A stretch of DNA of 64,000 nucleotides from Schmidtea nova (lineage: Eukaryota), in the NCBI GenBank assembly GCA_044892505.1, contig CM097883.1:80848001-80912000 (forward strand). Reading direction: 5' to 3'. Made by a program: the position numbers and the translations under genes. Positions 39,051-52,329 of the stretch are shown here, in pieces. The stretch's first letter is position 1. Each line of letters opens with the position of its first letter. The notes beneath the pieces are model-generated. The model saw only the letters and a program-made list of their open reading frames with translations, was not told where the DNA came from and searched no databases.

Positions 39051-40622
39051 TTCATTTGAAAGTTCTTAGTTTATCGGCCATCTTCCTACTAGAAAAATTA
39101 TTTATTGTTTCAGATTATTGAAATTCATTTTCATCTTGTTTTGTAGCCTCTAAACTTTATCGATTATAAGATTCTATTCCCTAATTCAACCCAGATCGAT
39201 ATGAAAATGAATCTTTCATGATGGTAGATCCCAAATCGAGTCAATGTGCAGATGATTTACAATTGTTATATGCAAATCTGAGGTGATTTCAACGTTTAAT
39301 TAAACTGGTACAGAATTTTGGGTTGACTCAATTCAAATTGACTAATGGTGATGTCTTCTGTGGTTCCGGTTTATGGATTTATTTCGAGCTAATGCTCCCC
39401 ACTGATTCGTGATATTTATAGTTCCTTTCTAAGTAACTTATACACATTTCTGTATTTGATTTAAATTACTCATGCTTATTTTCCTTCTTTCGTGGATTTT
39501 ATCGAGATGGGATTTCAAAAAACTTACTCTAACAATTGCAAGTTAATGTTTTCAAATAGAATTTAGGGTGTTACGGTAAGGAGGAATCATGGATGTGCAT
39601 ATCACATGGTTGTGCTTGACTGAAATGATTTGTCGGCTCAAAAAATGAAATTTTCGAGAAAAATAAAATTCACCCAAGTAGATATCCTCAAATAAGTATG
39701 ACCTGACTTTATTTTTTTGATTTTTATTCATTGAAACGGATTTTTCTTAGTTATACCATGTGTTTGACTTGACTTAGATTTAGTGATGAAATAAATCAGT
39801 TTTCTTATGTATTAAATTGACTTTTTACGTTGAATTAGAATTTATTTTAGATTCAATTTTTCTATAAAAGAAATGATAATGCCTGTATAATTTTATTAAC
39901 TGAACCGTTCATTTTCTTAAGTACTATAATTATTGAAGTTGTGTAAATTTCTGTAAGTAGGGTAATTAATGATATAGGATATCATAGAATGTAAGCTAAT
40001 TACTGCTATAGGGTGTTAAAAGTTGCAAGTAAGATAATTGATACTATAGGATATTATGAATTGTAAGATAATTTATGTTGTCGGATGTTATGAATTGCAA
40101 GTAGGATATTGAATGTTATGGGTGTGAGTAATAATTTTTATATCAAATTTACGTTTATAAAATACGATAGATAATAATTTTTATAATAGAAATTTATATT
40201 TATAAAATAAGATGGATAGTAATTATTACAATAAAATTTATATTCATGAAATAAGACGAATGATAACTCTTACAATAAACTTTATACTCATAAGATGATT
40301 TAGAATAATAATATTTTTTCTGGAAAAAATAATAATGCTTAAAATTATATACTACGATCAATTTTTATTGACCAGAGAACTAGAATTCCTTTTTGTTGTA
40401 AAACAAATCACCAATTTTGGTGTCAACGTTTCATGCAGCGAATTTTATAGAAAATTTTTCGTAAGCTGTAATGCATGGAAATTCATAAAAAATTCGAGTA
40501 CGCATATGCTATGAGTTAGAATTCAATCAAATTTTTAGAAGTAAAATTCAAATTCATTTCCGATTTTGGCGGAAAAACAATATAATCAATTTGTCAGGTA
40601 TTTGGATTCAAAAATATAAAAT

Positions 40623-43237
40623 ATGCCTCAATATAGGCAATTAAAGATTAGCAATTCTTTGAAATCGTCAACATCTGATTTATTCAAACCATTGCAAATG
40701 GATGAAAAATTTAAAAATACCATATTAAACTACAGTATACGCAATATCATAAAACCAGGTATTCGAGGTATCCTAAGGCGTATTGGGGTTTTAAATGCAA
40801 ATACTTAGGATGCGTTTGCATTACAAGTTGGAACTTCCGTTGGAAAATATTTAGGAGCGTTAAACGTTAGTAATTATGTTGATCCACTGAAAACTTCTAT
40901 TAAAGACCATTTAAAACCGTATGGAGATCACGAAAGATTAGGTTACAATTCATTATCTAATCACGATGGCTATTTAGAAATTACAGATTTTTATAAACAT
41001 GAAATAGATTTAAATTCATTCAGTATTTATCAGGACAAAACCTTACAAAATTATTATGAGCCTAACCGTTTTAATGATCATAATGACCTATTTGAAATTA
41101 TGGAAATTAGGATCCCAGGCATTAGTTTATATAATGGCCTCAGACTACTGGAAAAACTATTATTACGGAATGGCAATAAATATAGTGATATGGTAGAATT
41201 GTTAAACTCAGACCAGTTAAATAAAGGCTTTCTAGCTGAAAATCCAGGTTTATTAAAACAATTAAAAGAATCAAGCGAAAACATAAAAAATAAAAAACTC
41301 ATGTCAATAATATGTCTAAAATTATGCAGCAGAATTCGAAAGTATTAAATATGTTACAAAAATGGGAACACAATACACCTGACTTTCGGAATGTATTACC
41401 AAAATTGCTACATATATACTCAAATATATGGTATCATAAAAATAAATCCGAGAACACTTATATGATAAGAAAATAAAAAACGATCCTTTTACTGACCAAT
41501 CGTTACATATACTTAAACATAACAGTGTAAATAGGTTACAAACCCGAGAAGAAATTTATAAAAAAATTGACAGTTATCTACGTCTTTCTCATGATCAAGA
41601 TCCTGATACTTCTGTACATCCCAAATAACCTAAGCCGCAAGATATGAAGAGGCGAGTTAATTACATATAATTAATTTTTTGCGATATTATTACCACAATA
41701 ATCATCATAATAGTGTTACCCATACTGAATGGAAGCAGTTAGCTAATAATTTAATACAACCTTATGATAAAATAGTTAGTAAAAAGAACATGGACATGTC
41801 TACATTAAATCGATTTGATCATATTAAAATGACTGAACATTTATTGGACACCCATGCTAAAGGGGTAAAGAAATATAGGCACTCAAATACAAGTATAAAA
41901 GCGTTTGATAATCTATTTGGGAGCAGCAACAAGGAGATTTCAGGCCACAACTCGGAAATGACAGTCTTGAATTCATCAGTACCAATTGCGGAGCTAGTTG
42001 CATCAGTACCACCGAACAAGGCGAATGGTATAATATTCCAGTCGAATATCCTTACCCTCATATCATGTATGGTAATCCAGACTCATGAGCTGCTATGCAA
42101 AAATATTTGCGGTGGAAACCGAAAAATATACATTTTGAAATATTCAATATTCAAGGTGTTGGGGAAACCTCTCCACAAAATTTTAATGGATTAGAAAATC
42201 AAGTTGAAATGTTGGTTCTCAGAGATAAAGCTCATATCTATGGCCCGTGTACTATGCCAGAAAATAAAGCAAAAGCGTTTAAAGACCTTTTCTTAAATGA
42301 AGCATTTTCGCATAATGGTTATAATGTAAATAATCAATTATCTAAATTAACTCCCCAGAAATTATCAAAAGCAGGTTGGATATATTACCCTGAAACTTGT
42401 CCAGAGGTTAAAATAGCTAACTGTAATACAGGAGAAACAATAGAATACAGTTATGAGTCTAGCAAAGTAAAATATCCTCGTTATATTGTTGAGTGAAGGA
42501 ATCAACATTATGATCTTAAAACTTTTAAAGACAATGATCCATTGTATTGGCATAGATGGGATTATTTTAATTGCAAAGTAGTGAAACCATTCTCATATAT
42601 GGGCGGACTAGACAGTCGGACTATAAATACTATCAATAGAACGGTTCCATTCCCTTTGAAGATACGCTATCACAAATGGGCTAGAACGTGGAATGAGAAG
42701 CTTAAACGACCAATGTATAAACATGGAGAAACGGAAGTTAGTCTTCATCACAAAACTGTCCCTACGGATAAAGATTTAGTCGATGACTATTTTACCCCTA
42801 AAAGATTATATCTGGATGAATTTTTCAGTGTAAACGCAGCCAAGGATATTTCGGAACATAATCCCATGTCTCAATTATTTATAAAATTAAATACTATGAT
42901 AGGACCTCAAGGTAATCAGATCAACCTTACTTGTACTTTTAATTGGAAAATATCTTATACTAATGAAATGTACGGGAAATTACCAACTATAAATATTCAT
43001 CAAATATATGATGTTACAGATAGAACTGCTCAGTTTAATCAGCCTTAGCAACCTATAACAAAATGGATGACACCGTCTATATTTTATTGTATGCATGTGT
43101 ATTACTGGATTAGAGATGAACTATCTAAAGATGATTATTTATTATCCATGATCAAACATAATGCAGCAAGATTCAAGATACCATCTAACATTTTGTATCA
43201 TATGCAAGCAAGATTAGGTCAACCTAATCCCTTGTAA
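40623..43237 (+). pseudogene. Endogenous parvovirus/densovirus-like capsid (VP) gene with several stops and frameshifts
   Basis: PDS*AAMQKYLRWKPKNIHFEIFNIQ parallels parvoviral [47 protein letters not shown] parallels PPPQILIK..VSVEIEWEL. One frame from ~41910 to 43237 with stops at 42086, 42494 and 43046. AATAAA directly after the final stop. Confidence 0.75.
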
Positions 43238-43612
43238 TAAAAATAAACAAAATCACTAAACAGATTAGAAGTAACGAAAATGTGAATTATACTGTCCAAA
43301 ACAATGCTGAAAATATAAGAATTGGTTTAGACAAACAAATCTTATTTTATGACTAGGATATCCCAATTTTAATAATAATAATATTAATAATAATTTTTTT
43401 AAATTACTTTTGGCATTTACATGCCTTAAAAATTTTACTTTTATTTGATTCGGCACTTATGTGCCATCCATTTTTACTTGTCAAAATAGCGGAAATTTTT
43501 TTTTCAAATTTTACTTTTAGAGGCAGTTATGTGCCTTTGGAGATTTATGCTGAATGCCGACTTTAGTCAGCATTCCAACAAAATTATTATTTTATCCTCA
43601 TCTCCAAAATGT

Positions 43613-44413
43613 GGCGCCCCCCCCCCCAAAACATCAACTTCTAGAACATCAACTACTAAAAAATCAACTTTTAAAACATCAACTGTCAAAAACATCAACT
43701 GACTAAAACATCAACTGTCTAAAACATCAACTTACTAAACATCAACTGCAGTTAATAATAATTAATAATAAATAATTAATATTAATAATTAATTAATAAT
43801 TAATAATAATAATTAATAATAATTAATTAATAATAATTAATTAATAATAATTATTAATAATTATTAATAATAATTAATAATAATTAATAATAATTAATAA
43901 TAATTAATAATAATTAATAATAATTAATTGATAATAATTAATAATAATTAATAATCATAATTAATAATTATTAATTAATTATAATTAATTATTAATAATT
44001 ATTAATAATTAATAATTAATAATAATAATTAATAATAATTAATAATAATTAATAGTAATTAATAATAATTAATTAATAATCATAATTAATAATAATTATT
44101 AATTAATTATTAATTATTAATTAATTATTAATAATAATTAATTATAATTAATTATTAATTATTAATAATTAATTATTAATAATTATTAATAATAATTAAT
44201 AATAAATTATTATTTAAATTGTAATGAAATTCAATGTTTTATATTGTTGATGTTTTAGATTGTTGATGTTTTAGCCAATTGATGTTTTTGACAGTTGATG
44301 TTTTTGACAATTGATGTTTTTGACAGTTGATGTTTTAGGGTAAAAAGTTGATGTTTTCGTAGTTGATGTTTTAAAAGTTGATGTTTTAGAAGTTGATTAA
44401 ATGGGGCGACCCG
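43613..44413. mobile_element. Foldback/Mutator-like non-autonomous element
   Basis: 9-bp TSD CCAAAATGT (43604-43612 / 44414-44422). Arms are tandem AAAACATCAACT modules in inverted orientation around an AAT/ATT microsatellite core. Confidence 0.88.
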
Positions 44414-44779
44414 CCAAAATGTAAGTAAAAATATTTTTTTTCAATTATAACAATATTAATACAATTTAGAGAATTAATACAAATTTTTAATTAAAGCGTT
44501 CAATATGATTGAAAATGAACTCGTAGCCGGACTTCGATATCATGTCATCGCATTAGCCACCACCGATTTGAGAATAACCGTTTAAAGATATCATTTGCAA
44601 CAAACTCAAATGCTGCACATCCGTAAAGGTGACTCCGAATTATTATGAAAGTTTCCTTCCCAACCGAACTAAAACCTTCCAAAAACATGACATTTTATTT
44701 TTTTTGCCATTAAAAAGATGTGAGTTTGTTTTATGTTTTTTTTGTTTTACTTTTTTTCGAATTTTGCAATAACAATAAT

Positions 44780-44851
44780 AACAATAATAACAACCGTAAT
44801 AAAGATAATTAATATTGAGGATAATAATAGATAATAACAATAATAATGATA

Positions 44852-44896
<45 letters not shown>

Positions 44897-45060
44897 ATAT
44901 TCTTACTGACCCTAATAAAATAATAATAATAATTGATGACATTTTAATATTAACAATAACAATTATACTATAATATAGTATCTTATAATAAAGCATTAGC
45001 AATACTAATGTTAATATTAATAATTAATAACAATAGACAATGATACTAATAACAATGATA
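44780..45060. repeat. (AAT)n-rich microsatellite
   Basis: Direct inspection. Confidence 0.85.
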
Positions 45061-45584
45061 AAACTGAAATATTTTATATTTTGCTTATTTTACTTACATT
45101 TATTTGCTATATTTTTCTTTAATTATTGATTTTATTTTTGATATATTTTAATTATTTATTATTTTCATTTTGATTTTATTTGATTTCAACACACCTCTAT
45201 TGTCTTTTACTACCTATTCCCATTTATATAGGTATTAAATTACTTAGAATTATCCTACCCGCTGGTTACGCCAGCGCTGCAGTTGGTTAGGGTAATTTGT
45301 CTTCGAGATCACAAATATCGAAGTTCAAAATTTGGGACTCTCAAGACTTTTATTGATCACAATTTATTTGATTATTTAAATTTAAAAATTTAGCCTAAAA
45401 TTTTTGCTATTTATTACTAATCGTTATATATTTTATTTATACATTTTTATATGTATTTATGAGTCACTCCCGAATGGGTTTGTACTACAGATATAACAGT
45501 ATTAAAATTTTTTACTATACTTGTTTGTGATAAGAAGTAACGCCCTTTCAAATGATAATTTATTGGCCAATGTTTTGAACATTA

Positions 45585-45756
45585 CAAGAGGAGATTGAGG
45601 ATCAATCATAAAGTTATTGTAACTTGCAAGACCATAATCGGGTTTTGAGACTTGAGGCACAATAAGTACGAAGAATTCCTTCAGAGGAGATTGAGGATCA
45701 ATCATAAAGTTATTGTAACTTGCGAGACCATAATCGGGGTTTGAAACTTGAGACAT
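45585..45756. repeat. Tandem duplication with ~96-bp period
   Basis: GGAGATTGAGGATCAATCATAAAGTTATTGTAACTTGC occurs twice. Confidence 0.85.
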
Positions 45757-46429
45757 TAATCAAAATAATTCTAACAAATACCAAAGAATAGTCAATTGCA
45801 ATATCTTTGTGGCTTAAACGTTTTGAATTTCAATCCAAATCCAAATTCGAATTCATGCGAATAAACAATTCATCTCATCCACATAGCAAGCGAAACCAAA
45901 ATACATTAAATTCTTCCTTATCCAAACAGCATTATCGAGACTAAACTTTAATTTAACTTCCTAAATCCAAATCGAAACTAATTCAAACTATTCTAAATCT
46001 AAAATACTCAATTGGAGTATTCAAACAAACCAATCTAAAAATCAATTCTCCAAATCCACTATTAACTCAGAAATTCAGAAAATCCATTATTAGACAACTA
46101 AAAGAATTCGAACTAACGCGCACACAGACGCGAGCTTCTAATTAGATTCATTGCGCACACAGACGCGAACTTGAAATATAAAAAATAAGCGCATACAGAT
46201 GCGAATAGAAAATAAAAAAAATGCACCACAAATAGCCAAAGTTTGCTCAGGCAAACTTTGGCTGAAACAATACTTATTTTATTTATTTATTTTGTTCATT
46301 ACTACTTTTACTTATTCATTTACGATTCATACTTATTATTTATTTATTTTTGTTTTATTCATTGTATAATTATTTTCTTTAACTTATGTGAAGTTGGGAG
46401 CACAAAAGAAACATAAAACTTGAAATAAT

Positions 46430-47390
46430 AATTTAAAAATATAATAATAATAATTTGAAATAATAATTTGGACTTGAGCTTCCTCGACTCTTTTCTTGGA
46501 TAAAAAAATTCCTTTATAATTGGTTTCATACACCATTTGACCACATTTATTTACCGCTTGTTTCCTAATAAATCTCATACCATCGTCTAATAAAGTTGAC
46601 ATCAATACAACTGGAATTTTTCTACTTGTCAATGGAGTAATTCTGATTGTCATGTCCGGTTTTGCCTCCACATGCAAATTTTCCGGCCTTTCAACAAAAC
46701 GCATTGTTTTTAGATGTATTAGATTACATAGATTTGTTTTAACTACATACACTAAAATTGATTCTCCTGTTTGGCAGCTAGACTGCTTCATATTATAGAA
46801 TGGATGCGTTTGTAACTTGCCTGTATCGTCATCAAAGGCTCCTTGGAATTCACTCAATTCCGTCAAATATCTTCCATCACAACAACTTGATCAATAATTT
46901 TTCCATTCATTTTGTACGGTTCTCCTTTACAATCCCCATTAGCTCTTATTGTCCCTTTTTCGATAAATTGATTCTCGTATCGCATAATTCAATTTAGCTT
47001 TCAATTTAACCTCATGGCTAATTTTCACTTCCCCTGTTTGAAACGCAGCCAAGCAATTTTCTGGGTTTACATCAACTGGCCTTGGGATTGAATACATTTT
47101 AATTAGTGATGTGTGACTCCATTTGCCACAATAAAACACAAATCTCGTTCTTTTAACAATGCACTCTCTTACAACTGCATGTCTAAAGCCGGATTCTTGG
47201 TATACATGATACTTTACATCATTTTCCACTGTTAGACTCATTGGGTGTGCATCAGAACATTCTGTCATGTTCTCCATGGAATAAATCTTCCCCATTTTGG
47301 TTTGAGAACAATCGTACGCAATTAAAGATGTCGTTTGAGTCGTAATCACACATAATATTATGATAATTTACCTTTTCACAATTTCGTTGA
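46430..47390 (-). pseudogene. Viral/retroelement envelope glycoprotein N-terminal part (chuvirus-G / class III-like), frameshifted and truncated
   Basis: Hydrophobic IIIILCV then AYDC..MTEC..RECIVKRTRFVFYCGKWSHTS..PENCLAAFQTG..GDCKGEPY..DQVVV..NKCGQMVYETNYKGIFL. The Cys spacing matches chuvirus-type glycoproteins as recalled. Confidence 0.7.
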
Positions 47391-48609
47391 ATAATTTCTC
47401 TTTATCACAATTATTTTCAGTTCTTATTCAAGAGATTTTTTTTCAATAATTTTCCACTAACTTTGATCACGTCGGATTATGACACAAATAATTTTATTCA
47501 ATAATCTATTCACCAACTGGTATCACATCGGACTCACAAAATATGTTGGGTTCTGGGGTTGTTGGTGAAATGGAAAAAGTTACCAATCAAATATCTGACT
47601 CCAAAGCGTGCTTTATTGACCCACAAATAACAAATTTCAATGACACAAATTTTATTGATTAATACAATGAACTACACGATTCAAAATATCACGATCAATC
47701 CAATACCTCTCTCGACAATTATACGAGCTTATTACGATACTTCGTGAAGAATAGCTCACTTGTATAATGTCTAAAAACAACAACTACTAATCACTGACTT
47801 GGATTAAATATTGGTGATTGATTTTGATTGTTTCTACGCTTTGACTTCGTTCTTTGTTAACCACCTTGACTCTTTATTCAATCAAAATGTTTTATTCTGT
47901 TCATTTAAATTATTTCGATCTCAGTTTTCCACAATACAATTTAAATCTTCTATCGTTTTCCAATTTCACGCACTCAATTTTCTACTCAATTACAACTCGA
48001 ACTCTCTATTTTCTTCGCCAACTTCACTTCCACTTTGCTTCTTCAATTTTTTCTTCTCCGACTTTACTTCTGATTCAGCTCCGATTGCTTTCGCCTTTTA
48101 TAGTTTGCCATCGTCCGTCACTCTTGGCATTTCGCCTTTGCCACTCCCATCTTTGGCATTTTCCATTTTTTTCTCCGCAACTCCCATGTTCCACCAGACA
48201 GTTCGGCACTCGTAACAACTTGCTTTTTTTTCATTTCTGCTTCTGGCATTTTCTATACTTTTTTAGAACTCCCATGCTGCCTTTGACAACTCGGCACTCG
48301 GACTACTTTGATTTTTCTTTTTGCCGCTCCGGCCTGTTTTCTTTTCGTTATCTTTGACAAGCTGTCGAGATAAGTTCATTGTTGTTATTTTTGTTTTTCC
48401 CGATTTGAAATTCCTTTTCCCTATGTACTAATTAATTAGTGCTGACCTTTGTTTTTGCTTTCTTGTCTGATTTATTTTGTCTGATTCCTCTTTCTCATTT
48501 CTTTTTATTTCCGTTTTCTCTTCTGATTTCCCATTAGCCGTCTCATTCGTCATGACGATTTTCTCCAGGTAATTTTATTATTTTTGTATTTAATGTATCC
48601 TCAACAAGT

Positions 48610-48687
48610 TTAAAAAAAGCCACGAGCTACCAAAAAAATTTAAAAAGACCGCTACGCAAGAAATACAAAAAAGTTTGAGAACCACTG
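48610..48687 (-). mobile_element. hAT (Charlie/Buster-type) terminal fragment
   Basis: Reverse complement begins CAGTGGTTCTCAAACTTTTT. Confidence 0.65.
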
Positions 48688-51600
48688 CTCTACACGTTTA
48701 ACTGTAATTCACAAATATTTATGTATGAATGCCTCGAATGATCTACACGTATTTCTGCTTAAAGAAAATGCAAATTAGAAATGTAATATGATGAGTATAT
48801 ACTGACTTGTAGCAACCGTTATGTTTTTGTATCATGTATGAATTACAATTTTTATAATATTTTCCCCGATTTTTTAAAAATTTTATGTATGATATTTTGA
48901 CAAAAATATTTTTCGTGTAAATTTTTACTATTTCAATATTAAATTGTGAATGATTCGATGTCGGCTTATCGGCTTTAGCGATTTGAGACAACCAAAGAAG
49001 AACATTTTCATCAACGTTTATTTGATTCAACACAATCAAGTAAATTACAACTCATGGAAGGATAGCCGGATGTTCGTTTATAAAATTGGTGAACGTATTT
49101 TCAAAGTCATATATAATGATCGAATCCTGGTGACGAATATACATGGCGAACATTATTAAGTTTAAAATACTTCAATTTAATACAATCAAAAGATTTCAAT
49201 AATATATTATTTAAACATAAAACCGAAATCCTACCGAAATTAAAGCAAAGAAATTTAGACAAATTTAGAATTACGAAAATCCTACAATAAATCAAGACAT
49301 TCAAGAAAAAAATTAAAGTAATTAATTTTAAAATAATGTAAGTAATTTAGTCTTTTGATAAGTGGTTGAATTTGCGTATGAGATTTATATGGATTTCGAT
49401 ATGTCCGTCAAACATTCACCACATTTTTAAACCGAAAAAATATTAAAAATAGATAAAAGTAACTTAAGTAGAGAATTGTATTTGATCAAATATTTCGAAC
49501 CGAATTGAGACATTCGATATATTTTATAGTGACGGTGCTGTTGCTAAGGATATTTAAATAGATTTGGGATGAAGTTAAATCTTATTCAATATTACGAAAT
49601 AATTTGAGGATTGAGTTTAGATGGAATAAAAAGTTACAGCCATTGAACCCATGAATGTCCGAGAAATTAAAATTTTAGCAATGGTTAGCAAATGGTAAAA
49701 TAATATTGTGCGGTACCAATAGAAATGAAATATATAAACCCATTGGTAACCCAGAAGTATTAATGACTAGCTTCGATGCGGTTCGTTTATAAACTGGTTT
49801 ATGCATAATCAGATTTATTTTCATTTTTTCGTGTTAATTTTGCACTATTTTTTGCACTGTTCATGCATTATTCTCATAATTTTGTGTATTTATTTGTATA
49901 TAAACAAAAAATAATTTGGATTCATTTATCTGTAATAAGTGGGTCATAAAACTTTATAAATAATTACTGTAATCAGTAAACTCTTGTGAATTCTAAACAG
50001 AACAAAATCCCGTTTTAGACAATAAATTAATATTATGAAGTGTAAATTCGCAGTCCCATGAAAATATTCTAATTACGAAAAATTATGTAGAGAAAGCCTA
50101 CCATAAAAATAAGCATTCATAATCGCAAACGAAACTATGATAGTATAGCAAATAAATTAAAAAGAAATATTTTGTGCAAGGACAATTTCGAAGGAAAATT
50201 AAAATTATATTTCATGTGTTAGGATGTCATAATAAAATTTTGACTGAATAAATGTATACTTTTCTTATTGCTTTTAATGAAATAGTATTGAGTATGTTCA
50301 TTGGCAACTTCATACTTGATAACTTAACACAGAGATCTTTAACAGTGTTGTTCGGTGGGTCGAAGAGTGAATACAGATTCTGATGAGATGGAAAAGATGT
50401 TTATGAGAGCGAAGGCGAGTAACGAGTTAGATGAAATTATGCTGACGATTTTTATTATAATAAAGATCTCGATGGATAGATGAACATTGTTTCTCGTTGA
50501 AATGTTATTTTCCTTTTGCGATCATCCGCCCTGATACCAGACTTCATCTTTGCCGCGAGTTTCTAAAATAGGAAAAGGGAAATCTACTTCTGAATTCTGT
50601 ACGCCACAGAAAGGCGCATCTCCCTGCCGACTTCTTGTGGGATATGACGATGGAGAAGTTTCAGGGACCCAAACATCCGTTGTCGATACGCGGTAGTTTC
50701 CGCTGGTACGATTTCAGAGACGATGGAGTAAATTCGACCTTGCTGAATTTCTATCCGGCCCATAACGTTTATACGAAATTTTCCGGATGATGGTTGACAA
50801 GACTACCATTTATATCCGGTCACTCGTATTTTCGGTCGAACTATTGCGAACGATATTTGCTAGACCTTGACATATTTTCGGACACATTGCTTATTCGCCT
50901 GATGGTGGAATTTTATTTAAATATGCGATATTAGTTAGTGTCATTCACTTCATGAGCTCTGTAGTGATGGATCGTTGATATCGATGGATATTTTGTTCAA
51001 CCCGTGGTCTTCTTGCTAATAGACTAATATTTTGCTGAGGTTGGGACGGTAGCAAATTCCTACTCCGAAGAGAATTAAGTTAGACTATCTTGGGAAGAGT
51101 GTTTCATAACACGAAAGTATTGCCGAAAAAGTGATCGCCTATTTATGGTACTCCTGTATTCCAGGTCGCATCCTACTCAATCTAGCTTATCTTGGGATAA
51201 CTGTCGGACATGCTTTTGAGCAGAAAATAATCTCCGTACGACCTTTACAAAATGGTTTAGACTACCAACCATTGATGAAAGTGCTCACTAATCATCCCTC
51301 ATAACTGGTTTATACTATCGATCATTTCTGAAAGGTGTTCACTATGCATCTCTCAAATAGGGTTTATGATATTATTCGTTATCGAAAATTGTTCACTGTA
51401 CATCTCGTGGTATTATCTAAGTTTAAAAAAAATCTCACCATTTCCGCGTAAATATGAGAGTCAAGACGGTTACGGCTTCAGTCTCATGGCTCTCACCACA
51501 AAAGCTGCATCTATCTGATTTTAGAACTTCGGTTTAAAAAAATGACATTTGCGTTTTCTTAAAAAATGAAATGATATAATAAACACGAAAATCAAAATTA

Positions 51601-52329
51601 ATTTATTATCCGAATAAAATTTAGTAAGTCTCTCGAAATTAGAGTTGTCGGTAAAACTAAGATTGATTAAGTAATTATGTTATTACAAGCTGGTAGTAAA
51701 GTATGCAGTGGTAAAAACCAAAATTAATGCTGCTCGCCACTGATTTAGCGTCAGTATTTATACTATTCTGGTCTGTCGGGTCAACCAATCATATTCGACT
51801 TACCACCTAATGCGTGGTAAATTATTTATCTTTAGATTTTCCGTCTGCTGGATCGGTATTGAGACATATGGTCATAAGTCATTTGTTCATAGGACAAATG
51901 GCCATAGCCATTTAGTCATATTGACTTTTGGTCGTAAGACGAACGCTCATATGACAAATAATCAAAGGACAAATGGTCACAGGGCAGATGTTCATAAAAT
52001 AAATAAATTTCAATATTAACATAATACTGTTTATATATTATTGGTTACTCATAATAAGTGTTTTGTATAGTATTGTCATAAGTGGATTATTTTCATAATA
52101 AAGGAGTGGTTAATTATTTATAATTTGTCTTTACTTTATAGATTTATTTTACTAAACAAAATAAAACGGCTGAAATAATAAAATAATGTTTTGTACATTA
52201 TTGTCATCAGTGAATTGTTTTCCTATTAATTGCATTGTTAGTTATTTATAATTTGTTTTTGCTTGATAGATTTACTTTACTTTAATAACACAATACGAAA
52301 AAATAATTGTTGGAATGGATAGACAAGGT

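Noticed and set aside
40920-40985. SNHDGYL as a parvoviral PLA2 catalytic motif
   Set aside because: It does not fit HDxxY and there is no upstream YxGPGN calcium loop.
43628-43748. Regularly spaced AAAACATCAACT repeats resembling a CRISPR-like array
   Set aside because: No unique spacers, no cas genes and eukaryotic context. The repeats are mirrored at 44245-44397 as the arm of a foldback element.
47811-48357. Two long overlapping plus-strand ORFs rich in Phe/Ser/Leu
   Set aside because: They are antisense shadows of a purine-rich, Lys/Glu-rich decayed minus-strand frame.
48620-48632. TGGTAGCTCGTGG on the minus strand as a PBS for an env-bearing retroelement
   Set aside because: It lies inside a hAT terminal fragment and is not adjacent to an LTR CA end.
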